Source of the DNA: Catajapyx aquilonaris
Lineage: Eukaryota
NCBI GenBank assembly: GCA_000934665.2
Contig: KZ539069.1
Coordinates: forward strand, 1 to 34,476
DNA length: 34,476 bases
Direction: 5' to 3'
The notes beneath the pieces are model-generated. The model worked only from the letters and a program-made list of their open reading frames with translations. It did not search any database and was not told the DNA's origin. Numbering within the stretch: position 1 is the stretch's first letter; each line of letters starts with the position of its first letter. Position numbers and translations under genes: made by a program. Shown piece by piece: positions 20,953-32,891 of the stretch.

Positions 20953-22924
20953 CTAAGAGGAAACCAAACTATCATCATTCGCGTAGACAACTGTTGAGCT
21001 AGCGCCATATCTCCTCCTTATTTTTACACTTGTGTTGCACTAACGATTTACCTCGCGAGAGACTGTCCTGAAATTCTGATTCACCCTGTATGCAGCATCC
21101 GTTCCTTCAACACTGCCTTGTTTGACGGCTAATTATTTTCCATATACTAAAACTATCAGCATTTCTGAGAACTTGCTATTGTGTAAGTGCACATGTTGAC
21201 GCGAACAATGACATTGCACGCGACCCGCTCCCCACAATCGGACCCCTACTTACCTTGGGCATTAGCAATGTATTTATTTGCGAATTCCTTCCGAGAATGT
21301 TGTCGATCATCTCCGAGCTCGACTGCCTCGCATACCTCGCTCCTAGTTTCATGTGATTCTTTCAGAAGTTCAAAGTCAAAAATATCCTCAAGACCAAGAC
21401 CTCCAGTGTCTAAGCAGTTCTGGACTGCTTGAAGCATCTCCTTCATATCATCATCTGCAAAGATCGAATTTATCCCTTTATTAGCCTATTGACTAAGGTC
21501 AAATGAATTGATACAGGCTCATGCGTAACTGACTGACGTCTAGGAGAATTTTTTGCACTTCAGTTGTTAAAGTGTAACGGGCATTCATCAACCATATTTA
21601 AGACACTTTGCAATCATGCACAAATTCTCACCCAGAACATTATCTTCGTCTCCCATCCATTGCGTGTGGTCACTGGTAACCACCTCTCCCTCTGGAACAT
21701 CATGACTGGTCGTTTGCGGCGAGATAAAAGGCGTATTCTGATCTTGGGAGGATTGTTGTACGACAGGTTCTTCTTCCGTTAACCAGTCAATGTCTGATGG
21801 CCAATTGGCTTCAAGGCATCGGTCTGAAAATTAGTAATGGCGTTCATTAACTTATCGATTCAACAACCATATTGGTTTCTTATCATAAGAGTATGCAGAT
21901 AAATTGATCAGTCAGCAATCAGCATGCATCACATGGTTGCAAAATTAAGAGATCTAATGAAGGCCTCGGTGCCCTAACCCACCAAATGACACAAATAAAT
22001 TGAGTTTCGCACATCACTTCCTTATAATACACTCAAGTATTCAATAAAATACACTGACATGGTGCAGTTTCTGCCATCGGTCACTGAGAAATCAAATTAT
22101 ATTTACCACGCTTGCATTGATGCGCCAATTCTTACCTATATCTAGCAAATCATATTCATCCTCCACCTGATCTGTTTGGTCATTGGCGGTCTCCTTGCCC
22201 TCTGCAATCAGGTCACTGGTCTCTTGAAGAGCGCTAGATTGCTCGTTCTGACCTGAGGATGATTGTTGTACCACCGGTCCTTTATCCTTCTCCATCTCTT
22301 GCATTAACTTTTCCAGAGCTGACCAATTGTTGTCATTGTCCGTACCTGAAAATGAGAGATCGAGTGCACTGACTTACCGATTCATCAACTACTGTACATT
22401 GTTTTCCTATCATTAGTGTATGCTGATCAACTGAACTCTAACTATTCAATATAGCTCGGATATTAACTCGCATTTTTAGTTGCGATCTATATTATAGTAA
22501 AAGTTTAAAATATAATATACGTAATTTTTTTGCAATAATAAAGTGGAAAATGTCTTCCGGAAGAGAAGTGTAACATTATGCTCTTGTAATTGTCGTTTTA
22601 CCAGAGAAAAAATAAAAACACTGAGAAGGGTTGAAAATTCTAAGTGATGCAGTTATTTTTCGCAGCACTGCACTGTAGAATGTTCCACAGTGATTTAAAT
22701 TGATAACAAATAAACCGACATATATTCACAAAATAATGTACACTCTATTTGTAGTGTCTACTCAGGTAGACATATCACCTGTTGAAAAATTCTTATTTAT
22801 AGAACATTCTTCTACACAGGTAAATTACTGCATACTTTCTTATAGCCACACGTAGCTTACTGGTCATGGACTCACCTTCTTCTAGTAAACATCCCAAACC
22901 TGGTAATAAGGACAGAGGATCCAT
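20921..22924 (-). CDS. Gene 3 (overall span): uncharacterised acidic protein of about 227 aa built from diverged copies of the gene 1 exon modules
   Basis: Exons 22924-22876, 22345-22136, 21823-21632, 21454-21254, 20952-20921 total 684 nt, all phase 1, open to TAA. Confidence 0.7.
21254..21454 (-). CDS. Gene 3 exon, related to modules B/H (ETRSEVCEA)
   Basis: ttgcag|AT ... AAG|gtaagt; 201 nt; open. Confidence 0.75.
21632..21823 (-). CDS. Gene 3 exon, module A-like (NWPSDIDWLTEEEPVVQQSS), not in the ORF track
   Basis: tttcag|AC ... TGG|gtgag; 192 nt; open; paralogue of 22136-22345. Confidence 0.75.
22136..22345 (-). CDS. Gene 3 exon, module A-like (NWSALEKLMQEME…PVVQQSS)
   Basis: tttcag|GT ... 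TAG|gtaag; 210 nt; open. Confidence 0.8.
22876..22924 (-). CDS. Gene 3 candidate first coding segment (MDPLSLLPGLGCLLEE); the exon extends to an acceptor at 23032
   Basis: CAAAAATGG insect-type start context; AAG|gtgagt phase 1; the frame is also open upstream to 23032, so the true start may lie further 5'. Confidence 0.6.
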
Positions 22925-24878
22925 TTTTGGAAATATTTTGGTCTCAACTCTTGGGGACAAATCGAACGTTGCGCCTCCGGCACAACCAGGTGACTGACCG
23001 GCCAGAGTAACATTCAACAACCAGTGGGCCAGCTGAAATTATATTCACACTTTATATAACATTAATAAAGATTGTCATAAAATTAGTGTTTAAACTATCA
23101 AGGGTGACTTATTATGTAAAAATTTAATCAATTAGTTATGGATTAATGGAACAATGACGCGACCAGACGTTCCAAAATGGCGGCCACCGTGAACCGGTCT
23201 CCTTGGGCATTTCAGGCAGTAGCTTGCGTTAAACAGCAGCATCCTGGCCCACTGCCCTTCTGATCTGGGATGAAGAACCTGGCCGAGGTGAGGCTGCTTG
23301 GATACAGGCACTGTGGAAGGCAAAGGGGGTAGGCGGTGAGGAATCGACATCACCCTGATGCATATGGCAAAAGATGTTGCATCTCCTGGTCTGTATATTT
23401 CAGGTTCAGTTTTAACTTGTGTACTGCTAACCAGATGTAGGGTGCGGGGAAATTCTTGCTTCAGTCCAAGCTGATTATGGTCAAAGATTTGCAAAATGGT
23501 TAATAAGAAACAGCTGGCAAGTATTTCTGCAATTGAAACCATAATATAAAAGTCTTCATTACCTGGGCCCTCTGCATACCCTTGGACACGTTTCTCTTTC
23601 TGATAAAAGCGTTGACATAAGGATTATAATATGTGGTACTCTTGGTTGTGTACTGTGTAGATTGTGTGGATATCATTCGAATTAAAACACCCAAAATATT
23701 CATTATTTACTTTTTATATACCTTTGCAGATAATTTTTTCTGCTGTCACTCCTGATGAACCCTGACAGATCTCACATGCTGGTGGTCATTCCTGAAATAA
23801 CTAGGTAATATAAAGCTAAACACTAGTGGTGAACAATAATGTTAATTTTCAAAACATCACTGACAGCATAATAAGCAACATGTGCTCATCATCATCAAAT
23901 AGCTTGTAATATAGCCACTACTTGTAAGTACTGTACATGGTCACCACAGGTTCCAGGAAGTTGCAGCAAGCAATTATGTAAAACTATGTTGGCTGAGAAC
24001 TTGTGGCTGAATAATTATAACATCTTAGAAGAGGGTAACTGCTAATTCTGATTAGCTAACATCTGAACCCCAGTCATTGAATGCCACATGATGTTACATT
24101 AACAGCAGTTAATTAATATTTTCAAGTGTTGTGTATGAAATAATTTGTGATGCCAAAGAAAAAAAATCATTATTTAGCAAGAAACTTGAAAAATTGAAGG
24201 GTAATTTTATTAATCTAACTAACATATAACATACCATTGGAAATGACTGCAACAGGATTTTACAAGCTTGCCTTCATTTGTAAGAATAATGGACAGACTG
24301 TTTTGCTTGTGTATGCAAAATGTTGTGGTCAGATGGCAAAAATAATATAGGCTACTGTATTTGTGTTGACAAATTGACAGCAATTGCCTACCCTACGCAG
24401 GACATGTGTTGACAATAATTAGCGTATACAATATATATTTGGATAATACAATATAATTATGTGAAAATAATGTCTGCTAATTTTTTAAGAACTACAATGT
24501 ATTGCCAACAAATTATATGAGTGTTGCCAATACCTGTCTTTCCTTGCACATTTCTTGGAAGTTGCTAACATCACTCCCTCACAATATTTGATACTACTAA
24601 GCAAGAAAATTAATGCAATTCCTATCTTTAAATGTGTCATTTGAAATGTACAATTTTTTTTGTATCAGTGAAGCACTACAGTGCAATGAATTCAATTTCC
24701 TTTATATAATATTTGTTTTATAAATGCTTCATGTTAATGTTATCAAATTATTTGGCACTATGGTCTGACATTTCTTTATTTGTAAAGTGCTTTAAAATGT
24801 TTGCCTCCCACACATTCAAATAATGAATCTATTCTGCTCTGTGCTATGATCTTTGTAAGTTAAGTTCTTTATAAGAGA

Positions 24879-25746
24879 CTAGCATCAGGTTACCCGGCGT
24901 TGCCCGGGTATGTTGGGGTGCTGGTAAGGGGTACATATACACTATTTTAGGAAGTGTGTTTGTTTGTAAAAATTTCCCTTCCGTACACTCGAAACTCGAT
25001 ATGTCTTAAAATAGGCCTTATAAGTTGCAATAAGCCAAAGTTTGTCACTCTCTGTGATAGATTACCTGCTTGTCTTATAGTGTAGTCGACACAGATATTC
25101 TGATTGGATGTGTAAAAAGAGGATTGCGGATGGAGTTGGCCCAAGAAAAGACTGCACAGCCGTGTGTTTTTTCCCCCTGCATTTTTGACCCCTTGACCCC
25201 CCAACCCAACTTCACACCTCCATCTCGTTCCATATGTTTGCTTTGAAGAACTCTAGAAATGTACGTACAGACGTACAGATGCATGGTGGAAGAAATATTT
25301 TCAACACGGAGTAATATTAGTAAATACTGTATTATTTTATTGTATTTATTTTTGTCTGGAAGTCTACTTTCTAATCCCACAAAATCCCGGAATGACCATA
25401 CGATACGAACTCACGTGAGGTGCCAATTATTAGCGCAATTGGTGCATGCGTTGAATTTACCGTCGATGGTTTAATTTGCTAGGTATTGAACTTGCATAAG
25501 GGCATTTCCATGGGAATTTGAATTGATATATTGTTGTAAGTTAATTGTTAAGGCCCGAGAAGAGAGAAGATTCGGGAATATGCGTGTTGTGGGAGTTAGG
25601 TACATTTTCGGAAGCTGAAACATGCGGCATTAAATTCCTTGAAAAATGTAACCCCCGATATGCTAATTTAAGGCGGTGTAGGGGCCTTCCCCAGGATTTC
25701 TATAAGGGACAAACATCTGACAAACTTCCTTATTTATAGATATAGA
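24879..25746 (-). mobile_element. Non-autonomous Helitron
   Basis: Minus strand starts TC and ends CTAG, inserted between A and T, no TSD; GC-rich hairpin ACCCGGGCAACGCCGGGT (24892-24909) about 10 nt before CTAG. Confidence 0.85.
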
Positions 25747-25849
25747 TTCAATTATTCAAGAGTAGTGTAGGGAAAGAAGCTATGGATTGCTTATCCCAGC
25801 AACCAGCAGTTTAAAAGAAAAGCAACAAGCATGACAGAATTATGAGAAT

Positions 25850-25923
25850 ATGAAAAATAAAAACCCATTGGAAGTCAACAATCGCAGCCGATTGTTGACT
25901 TCCAATGGGTTTTTATTTTTCAT
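25850..25923. repeat. Perfect hairpin, 35-bp arms, 4-nt loop, inside a looser outer stem (about 25775-25954)
   Basis: 25850-25884 is the exact reverse complement of 25889-25923. Confidence 0.9.
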
Positions 25924-26050
25924 CTTGTTGCTAGAGTAAACAATCCACAGCTTTTATTTCCCTCCCCCTGCTTCGATTGCAGCCAATAACAATGTATACT
26001 ATGTTGTATAATTGACTGGTATTTAATTTCAGGTCTCACTTGATGAAACC

Positions 26051-26189
26051 CTGGGGAATGAAATGTCATAAGTTAAGTCAAATTTTTGTCGTAACCGGTC
26101 GTAACCATAGTTAGTTAATTATTGTAACTATGGTGGCGATCGGTTACGACGAAAATTTGACTTACGACATTTTATGAATCCACCCCCTG
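26051..26189. mobile_element. Small palindromic MITE-like element
   Basis: Imperfect inverted repeat AAATGTC…AAGTCAAATTTT..TCGTAACCG.TCG..ACCATAGTTA vs its complement; ends CTGGGG…CCCCTG. Confidence 0.55.
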
Positions 26190-26871
26190 GCCTGGATTGC
26201 ATCAAAGTTTCAAGTTTTAATAACAGCTATTTCACCGTTATTGATTGTCAAGACAACTCCATGGACAACAGTGGCAAGTGACAAGCATGGAACCAGAGGA
26301 AACAAGTCATTTATTTCCATGTTGAGGATACATGGCCATGGTGGTCTTCAGAAAGTGACATAGGAATATTGTGTGTGTGTGTGTCTATATGTAAGCAACA
26401 ACTAGTGCTTGAAAGGATAACTCATTAATAAAGGTAATCAAAATTATCATGTGCCACTATGTTAGTTTATTTCATAGATAAGGGGGGAAAATTAACTTCA
26501 AAAACTGTGTGTGTGTGAGTGAAAAAGTTTTCCTTATTTCTAAAGCAAAACAAGTCAGTCCAGAAGTGAAAGAATGGGCACAGAGCTGTCCTGTTTAGAA
26601 GATGAGTGTACAGTACGAGTATCTACAAAGTGTAATAAGGTTCACTATTGCTTGTCCCACTTCTTTAATCTGCTTGACTGGAATGTTTAATGGGACTGGG
26701 TCAGCATCAATCCATATTATTGCACTTTGCAGATAAAGCTTTTTGCTAGGACATGCAGAAAGGCTGTCATATTGTTAAAGTCATTGCACTTGCACTTTGC
26801 ACATCCCCTCCTACCTACCCTAATCGTGGACCAACTAAATAATTGTAACATTATACACATGGTTCCAAATA

Positions 26872-27446
26872 CAGGGTGATCCAACTTTATCGCCCCAACA
26901 GTTATTGGAAAAATCGCGTAAGCTGCTACTTTTAAGCTGCTACTTGCTAAGAGTTACTTTCTCGAGTATCTGAAATAGCAGCTGCTGATATTAGGTCCAA
27001 TGCCTATGCACCAATTAATGACCTATTTATTGACCCAACCGGGTCTGTCCGGTTCGACGGATTAGCCCTCTGATTGGCAGCTAGTGACCTCATCTGAATC
27101 CCTCCAGCGAACACCAAAATGGGCCATTTTGAAGGCCAACACATGAATCAGTTTGGAGATGAGAAAATAAAAGAGATGATGACACCTTTCCATTTCAGGG
27201 TCGCAACAGTTCGCATCCCACCCCTCGCGATTGACCCATTTGGCCAGTCACAACCCGGTAGACAACCTGTTTCCCACGGGTGACCCTTTTTTCCCTCATT
27301 AATTGGTACATGGACATTAGACCTAATATCAGCAGGTGCTATTCCAAATACTCGAGAAAGTAACTCTTAGCAAGTAACTGCTTAAAAAGTAGCAGCTTAC
27401 GCGATTTTTCCAATAATTGTTGGGGCGATAAAGTTGGATCACCCTG
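26872..27446. mobile_element. Tc1/mariner-type MITE with TIRs of about 150 bp
   Basis: TA|CAGGGTGATCCAACTTTATCGCCCCAACA … TGTTGGGGCGATAAAGTTGGATCACCCTG|TA. Confidence 0.9.
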
Positions 27447-27910
27447 TATGGTGGTATTCCCACCCCCCTAAGAGGGCCTTTTGGCCCTAGCACGGGGTAT
27501 CTAAAAAAATAAAAAATAACAAAATAAAAAAAGGCTTTATTCAGTAATATGAAGATCTGAATTCTGAATTGCAGAACGATAGATAGTCACATTTGGGCTG
27601 AAATTGAGTTGGGCATTGTGTGTGGGTCATGGACCTATTTATTTTGATCTGTACTGCTCTAATGAGTTAAAACTTTACTGCACTTTTTCACAATAATTGT
27701 GAATGGTTCACATTATGCTAATTCACTACCAAGCAAGAGACAAGAAGTAACTGAGACTTATTACATAAGCACAGCATGGAATAATATTGCTCTGCATATG
27801 GAGGAGAACTGATGGTTTTGTTGTGTACACCCTACATTATGTGAGTGATACTAGCTACTTAGCTAGTACTCTACTGCATGGTCATATGTGAGGTTCTGTA
27901 TAAGCATGTG

Positions 27911-28045
27911 CTATGGGGCTCAAATTGTTTTGGCCACTTTATCCTGGTCTTGAAGCAACCCTTCACACACACGCTCACCATGGGCCTGTTCGAAGGGTTG
28001 CTTCAAGACCAGGATAAAGTGGCCAAAACAATTTGAGCCCCATAG
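27911..28045. repeat. Perfect hairpin, 54-bp arms, 27-nt loop
   Basis: 27911-27964 is the exact reverse complement of 27992-28045. Confidence 0.9.
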
Positions 28046-28617
28046 TCCCACATTATTGAACTCTGATTGGATTGTTGGAAAGGCATGCATGCAAAATACC
28101 TTTGCTTGGATCATACAATGTTGTTATTAATAATACCATTGTGTGTGTGGGGGGGGGGGGGTGTAANAAGTAATAGCATTTAAGACGGCATATTAATAAG
28201 TCAAATTCTGCTATTCAAGTCTTGTATAGGAAATTTGTATACAATCAACTGCATCATTATTTGTCGGTATTTATGATAATATTGTCCTAAAGTACTGCAC
28301 AACTTTTAGTTATATTGCAAAATTTATGAGATGAAATCCATGTGGATCTTGCCACCTGCATTGCAATGCATGGTTTCATAAAAATGATGAGTTATTATTT
28401 TTAGTAGAGATGGCAATTGGTCTGTGGAGGGTCATTAGTTCATTCTGTATCATGTAACTTATCATTTGCACATAACATAGACTTACAGGATTGTAGAGCA
28501 TTGTGCACATTATATCACAATATTGTAAGATACCAAGTATATCAGAATAAATCAATTTCCAATTAGTTCCATGGCAATTAAAAAATGAATATTACAAATA
28601 TATGACAAAAACATGTA

Positions 28618-28706
28618 TTTGGTCATACCAGGATAGTGAGGGCCACTTCCTCGATATCTGCTGGCAACCCCATATCTGTTTGGGAAACGCCGTGATGATG
28701 ATGACG
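28618..28706 (+). mobile_element. Severely 5'-truncated non-LTR retrotransposon 3' end with (TGA)n tail
   Basis: 89-nt insert flanked by the 16-bp TSD ATGACAAAAACATGTA (28602-28617, 28707-28722). Confidence 0.75.
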
Positions 28707-30283
28707 ATGACAAAAACATGTAATAACTAACCAAGAATAAAAATAGAAATAAATTGCAAAATCATGTAATTTTTTTTAAAAAAACCAAGTGATATTGTTA
28801 GTGAAGCTCCACGTCCTCCTGGCACACATGCAACATAATCTTCTATACCCCTCCATGCCTGCAGCTGCTGCTCCAGAGTTAGCAATTGCATTATTGTTGG
28901 TATACTTTCCAAAACTTCACCAATTGTCTTTAGAGGGAAGGCATAAGGGATGGGGGCTGGTGGGTGGAGGTGATAAAAATTGACTTGGACAACTCCAAGA
29001 GTCTGGAAGCCTTTTTTGACAGAATCCCCACCATCCACAGCATTCCTTGCAGTCATACGCCTCCTCTTGAAGGAGAGCTCCAGTCCATCTCCTGCCGCAG
29101 GTGGGTTCTGGGAGGAGGCAATCAGGCATTCATTGTGAGAGGGTGAGTCCTTGAGGATGACCAGGTTCCAGAAGCAAAGTCAAATTCTTCCTCCTCCAGC
29201 ACCACTTGCTCCCTACTTCCACTTGCTTGTTCTTTCTCTTGTACCTGGACACCTCTGCAGTCCCCATCCTGCCAATCTTCAAAATTCCATGGGGTATTCT
29301 TGACCCTGTATTGACAATAGGAAATTAGCCCAGCCAGTCAGTCAGTGTAAGGTTTGTGCTCTCACTAACACGAGAAATATAATCCTCCATCCCGGGATTC
29401 ATGAGACATGGAACACAAGTGCACCTTCATCTCCCGCACTTAGTTTGGCACCCTGCCGCCAGAGGGTTGCCCTGTGAAGGGCTTGTGAGGGTTAAGGGTT
29501 TCCACCTAGCGGGGGCTTGGGTGAAGGAGTGTGGAGTGGAGAGACAAAGGATAGTGTGGACGAGCTGAGATAGTGGACGGTGAAGTCTTGCAGAAGCAGA
29601 ACGGTAGTCCTGGTGCTGGTCCTGTAGTGCTGGTCCGACGGTTGAGAGAACCAGGTATGTACGTATGTAGGTGTGAAGGAACATTCAAGTGAAGTTTGCA
29701 AAACGGAACAGTTTGGTGGTTTCCTTGGGGGACGCTGGGAGGGGCTATAGGGCTGACTAGGCCTGGTCTCTTGTTCCTGCCGGCTTGAGCCGGGCAGGCA
29801 GGGTGCAGGGTACAATTATTGCAAACTGCTTTTCAGCTGGTGACCTGCTTCAGAGGATGACTGTCTTGCATGCTACTGGCTGGCAAAGGTGCACATTCTC
29901 ATCCTAAGTTATTGGGCTACTGGGCTGGAAATAAGTGACAAGCCCATTAGATTTTCAGTGATACAAATGGTAGATTATTACTACTGTGTCACATGGTAAG
30001 AGCATATTTGTATTCTCAGAGTATTCTTCAGTGTAATTATGTAAGCAATCATTAAGATGACAACATAGGCTACTGTATATGTTGCCTTCAGATAATATGG
30101 CATACAGTCACCCTGTTGATTATGACACTACTAGTTGTACCCAAGGACCAGATTTACCATGTCTTTGTTTTTCCTCTGCCTTGGCATGGGTGGAGTTGCA
30201 ATGCTTGAATGCACATCAAGCAATGTTTACATATGCATCATTCATTTTCTCAGACAATAAATTCTAGGGATGTATCTCTTTAA

Positions 30284-30507
30284 GTCATTGTACAGCAGCA
30301 GATGTTGCATGCTTGCCAAAGAGCCACTTACTGATCACTTTCCAGTCTTTAATTACCTGCACAAATTTTAATAGGTAGAAAAGAAAATCAGTGTAACTCC
30401 ACGAGTGGTTGGGTGGTACAAAAAATTTGTGCAGGTAATTAGAGACTGGAAAGTGATCAGTAAGTGGCTCTGTGGCAAGCTTACAACATCTGCTGCTGTA
30501 CCATGAC
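30284..30507. repeat. Hairpin, 86-bp arms (5 mismatches), 52-nt loop
   Basis: 30284-30369 vs 30422-30507. Confidence 0.9.
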
Positions 30508-30963
30508 ACCTGTTATGGTGGTCATTGTGTGTAAATCAGTAGGACTATAATGGTATATGGAAGAAGGAAATAAGGTTATTCTTTGAACAATTTTTGCACT
30601 CAAATGATTGTGCGATTGGTACCCAGTATTTTTTATTAATACTGTATAATGATACATTTCTATGGCTTGTTTTCACTAAGCAATAATGACACGCAACAAT
30701 TCTGCTTAGGCCTGTACTTGTTCCTGTAGATGATGACATCCTTGAGGAAGTCCACAAATGGGAGAAGGGGGCAGATGTTACTCAGTTGGTTAGCCTTGCT
30801 GTTGCTGCTGCTTGCTTCTGGGGTGGTTGCTCCTCTCCCTCGTCACCGTAGCATATGAGGAGCTTGCCAGCAAATCCAGATAAATCCACAATTTGCAATT
30901 TTTCAGGAGAAGCCAATAAGTGATTCATCAATGCTGGTGGCAAAAGTGAGAGTGAAGTTGTCA

Positions 30964-31480
30964 TGTGCAGTATGCTATATAGGGGTTGCCATTATGTAGA
31001 CACAATTGTTTTACTTCAATGTATGGTGATTGTGGAGGTAGGGCATTGTTAAAAATGGATACATCTGATTTTGCATGAAAATCATCTAAGGTGAAGTGGG
31101 GTAAGTACATACACGGGGTAAGTGCATAAACTGGCCGCCGCATTGGAATGAAAATGGCTGACATGCTCACCTCTTGTGGGGATGTGATGTGCAGCTACAC
31201 AAAAGAGTGCCTGACGTGTTTTGGTGTCGTCAGCCATTTTCATTCCAATATGGCGGCCCCGTGTATGCACTTACCCCACTTCACCTTATATGTGAATTAA
31301 GACTTATCCGCTTTTGCTTGGAAACTAGATGTGCAGTATGCTATCGGGGTTGCCATTATGATTGCAGAAACAATGGTATATATCCATCTTTTAATAATGT
31401 CCCACCTCAACAATCACCATACATTGGTATGGTGATTGTTGAGGCCAAAAAATAGACATCTGATTTTGCATTAAAATTAT
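30964..31480. repeat. Composite direct and inverted repeat block
   Basis: Inner IR 31087-31162/31229-31288; outer IR 31017-31062/31380-31426; perfect 18-bp hairpin 31405-31444; direct repeat about 30964-31085 vs 31330-31480. Confidence 0.8.
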
Positions 31481-32153
31481 GGCATTAGCTTTATGTGCAC
31501 TTGATTTATATGCTTTTACTTGGAAACCACTTTCGGATATATCAGGGTCTGCTTGAAAAGGTAATTTTCCCATGGCTCGCATTCGGTGTAAATGTCTGGT
31601 TTCACTTGCAACTTCATGTCAATAGAAAGGCATTGCGTGGAGCATGCCTCCAGCGTATCCAGATTATCTCTGTCGGAACACTTACCACCGCAGGCTCCTT
31701 GTACTCTCTCACTGAAAATTGTTCATTTTTTTTTTGAGTAAATTGCATTGTGCAGTAACAGGCCTACTTAAATGATAAGAAAGGCTAGTTATGGCATGCA
31801 GGTCCCAGTGCACGTTGTGTTGTCTTAACTTGCGAATTATTAACTTGTGAGATGACACCCATGGAATTGGTTTGGTCAAGTTGATTTCCTAGGTCCTTCA
31901 TCAGGGAGAGATGCTTCACTTATGCCTAATTTTTGGAGCAGTGGTTTAACCAACCCGATCCTATCAATAACCACAGAATCGAAATCTAGAAGTGAATTGT
32001 TTGGGAGAACAGGGTTAACCTTGATGAAGAACAGAGGAATTTGTTTTTAGCTGCAATCTGCGACACACATGATGGGTATCCTTGATGCGTCTCGTCAGAT
32101 CTTTGTCGCATGTTGCCACAATGTAGCACTTGTGCTCAAATGTGCAAAACAAA

Positions 32154-32401
32154 TGAAGAGCACAGGGGAAAAACGGGGAATGTCCAATTCCGTTGGGGTT
32201 CCAGCCAAGTGCACAGTACAAGAGTAGCATAGGTGACACTTATACCTGGAGGCTTTCCATGGGTACAAGGGTGACAGTTGCATATAATGACGTGAAGATA
32301 TCCCTATTATTCTTTAGACACGTGAAGAAATAAACCTATTTCTTCGATTTTTCATGGACATTTTTTGTGTGACATTCCCCGTTTTTCCCCTGTGCTCTTC
32401 A
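32154..32401. repeat. Perfect 31-bp inverted repeat with a 186-nt spacer
   Basis: TGAAGAGCACAGGGGAAAAACGGGGAATGTC (32154-32184) and its reverse complement (32371-32401). Confidence 0.9.
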
Positions 32402-32891
32402 AATTAAATTCAATGGCTAGAGGCAGCCTTTCTTTCATGCCAAACCTAGGTAGCTCGTTGTATGATACTATATGCAGTCATCAGCGTAGGTGCCAGGGTG
32501 AATGCAATGCAGACGATCAAAACGAGGGTCCTTCATGATTTTCAGTGTAATTCCACACTGTCTCCCAAGCTTCTCAAGTTCAGCCATGACACAGTTGACG
32601 TATGGAATAAATTACTTACCCCAGCAACTGAAATGCAGGAGATTTATTAACTGCAAGAGAATATAGCTATCAGGTAACACAATTCAGATGAGTCATGCTT
32701 GCACTTGGCATAACGACAGTCCACAATGGATTGCATCACATTTTACTTGTTCTTAATAGAGTTTATGAAGTTGGTATCCGGATTATGTGATACGCGGTGG
32801 TTCCAACTGAGTGTTGCATATTGAAAGAAGAATGCAGAAACTGTCCGGGGACTGAAGGGTATGCCGGTCGACGACCTCAACATTTAAATTA

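Noticed and set aside
26718..26805. miR-92-like seed (ATTGCACTT twice)
   Set aside because: No complementary arm forming a pre-miRNA hairpin, and the 3' part does not match miR-92
28727..29920. Coding exons in the GC-richer patch on either strand
   Set aside because: Short ORFs in several frames, no recognisable domain and no convincing splice chain; kept only as part of the lncRNA/pseudogene hypothesis
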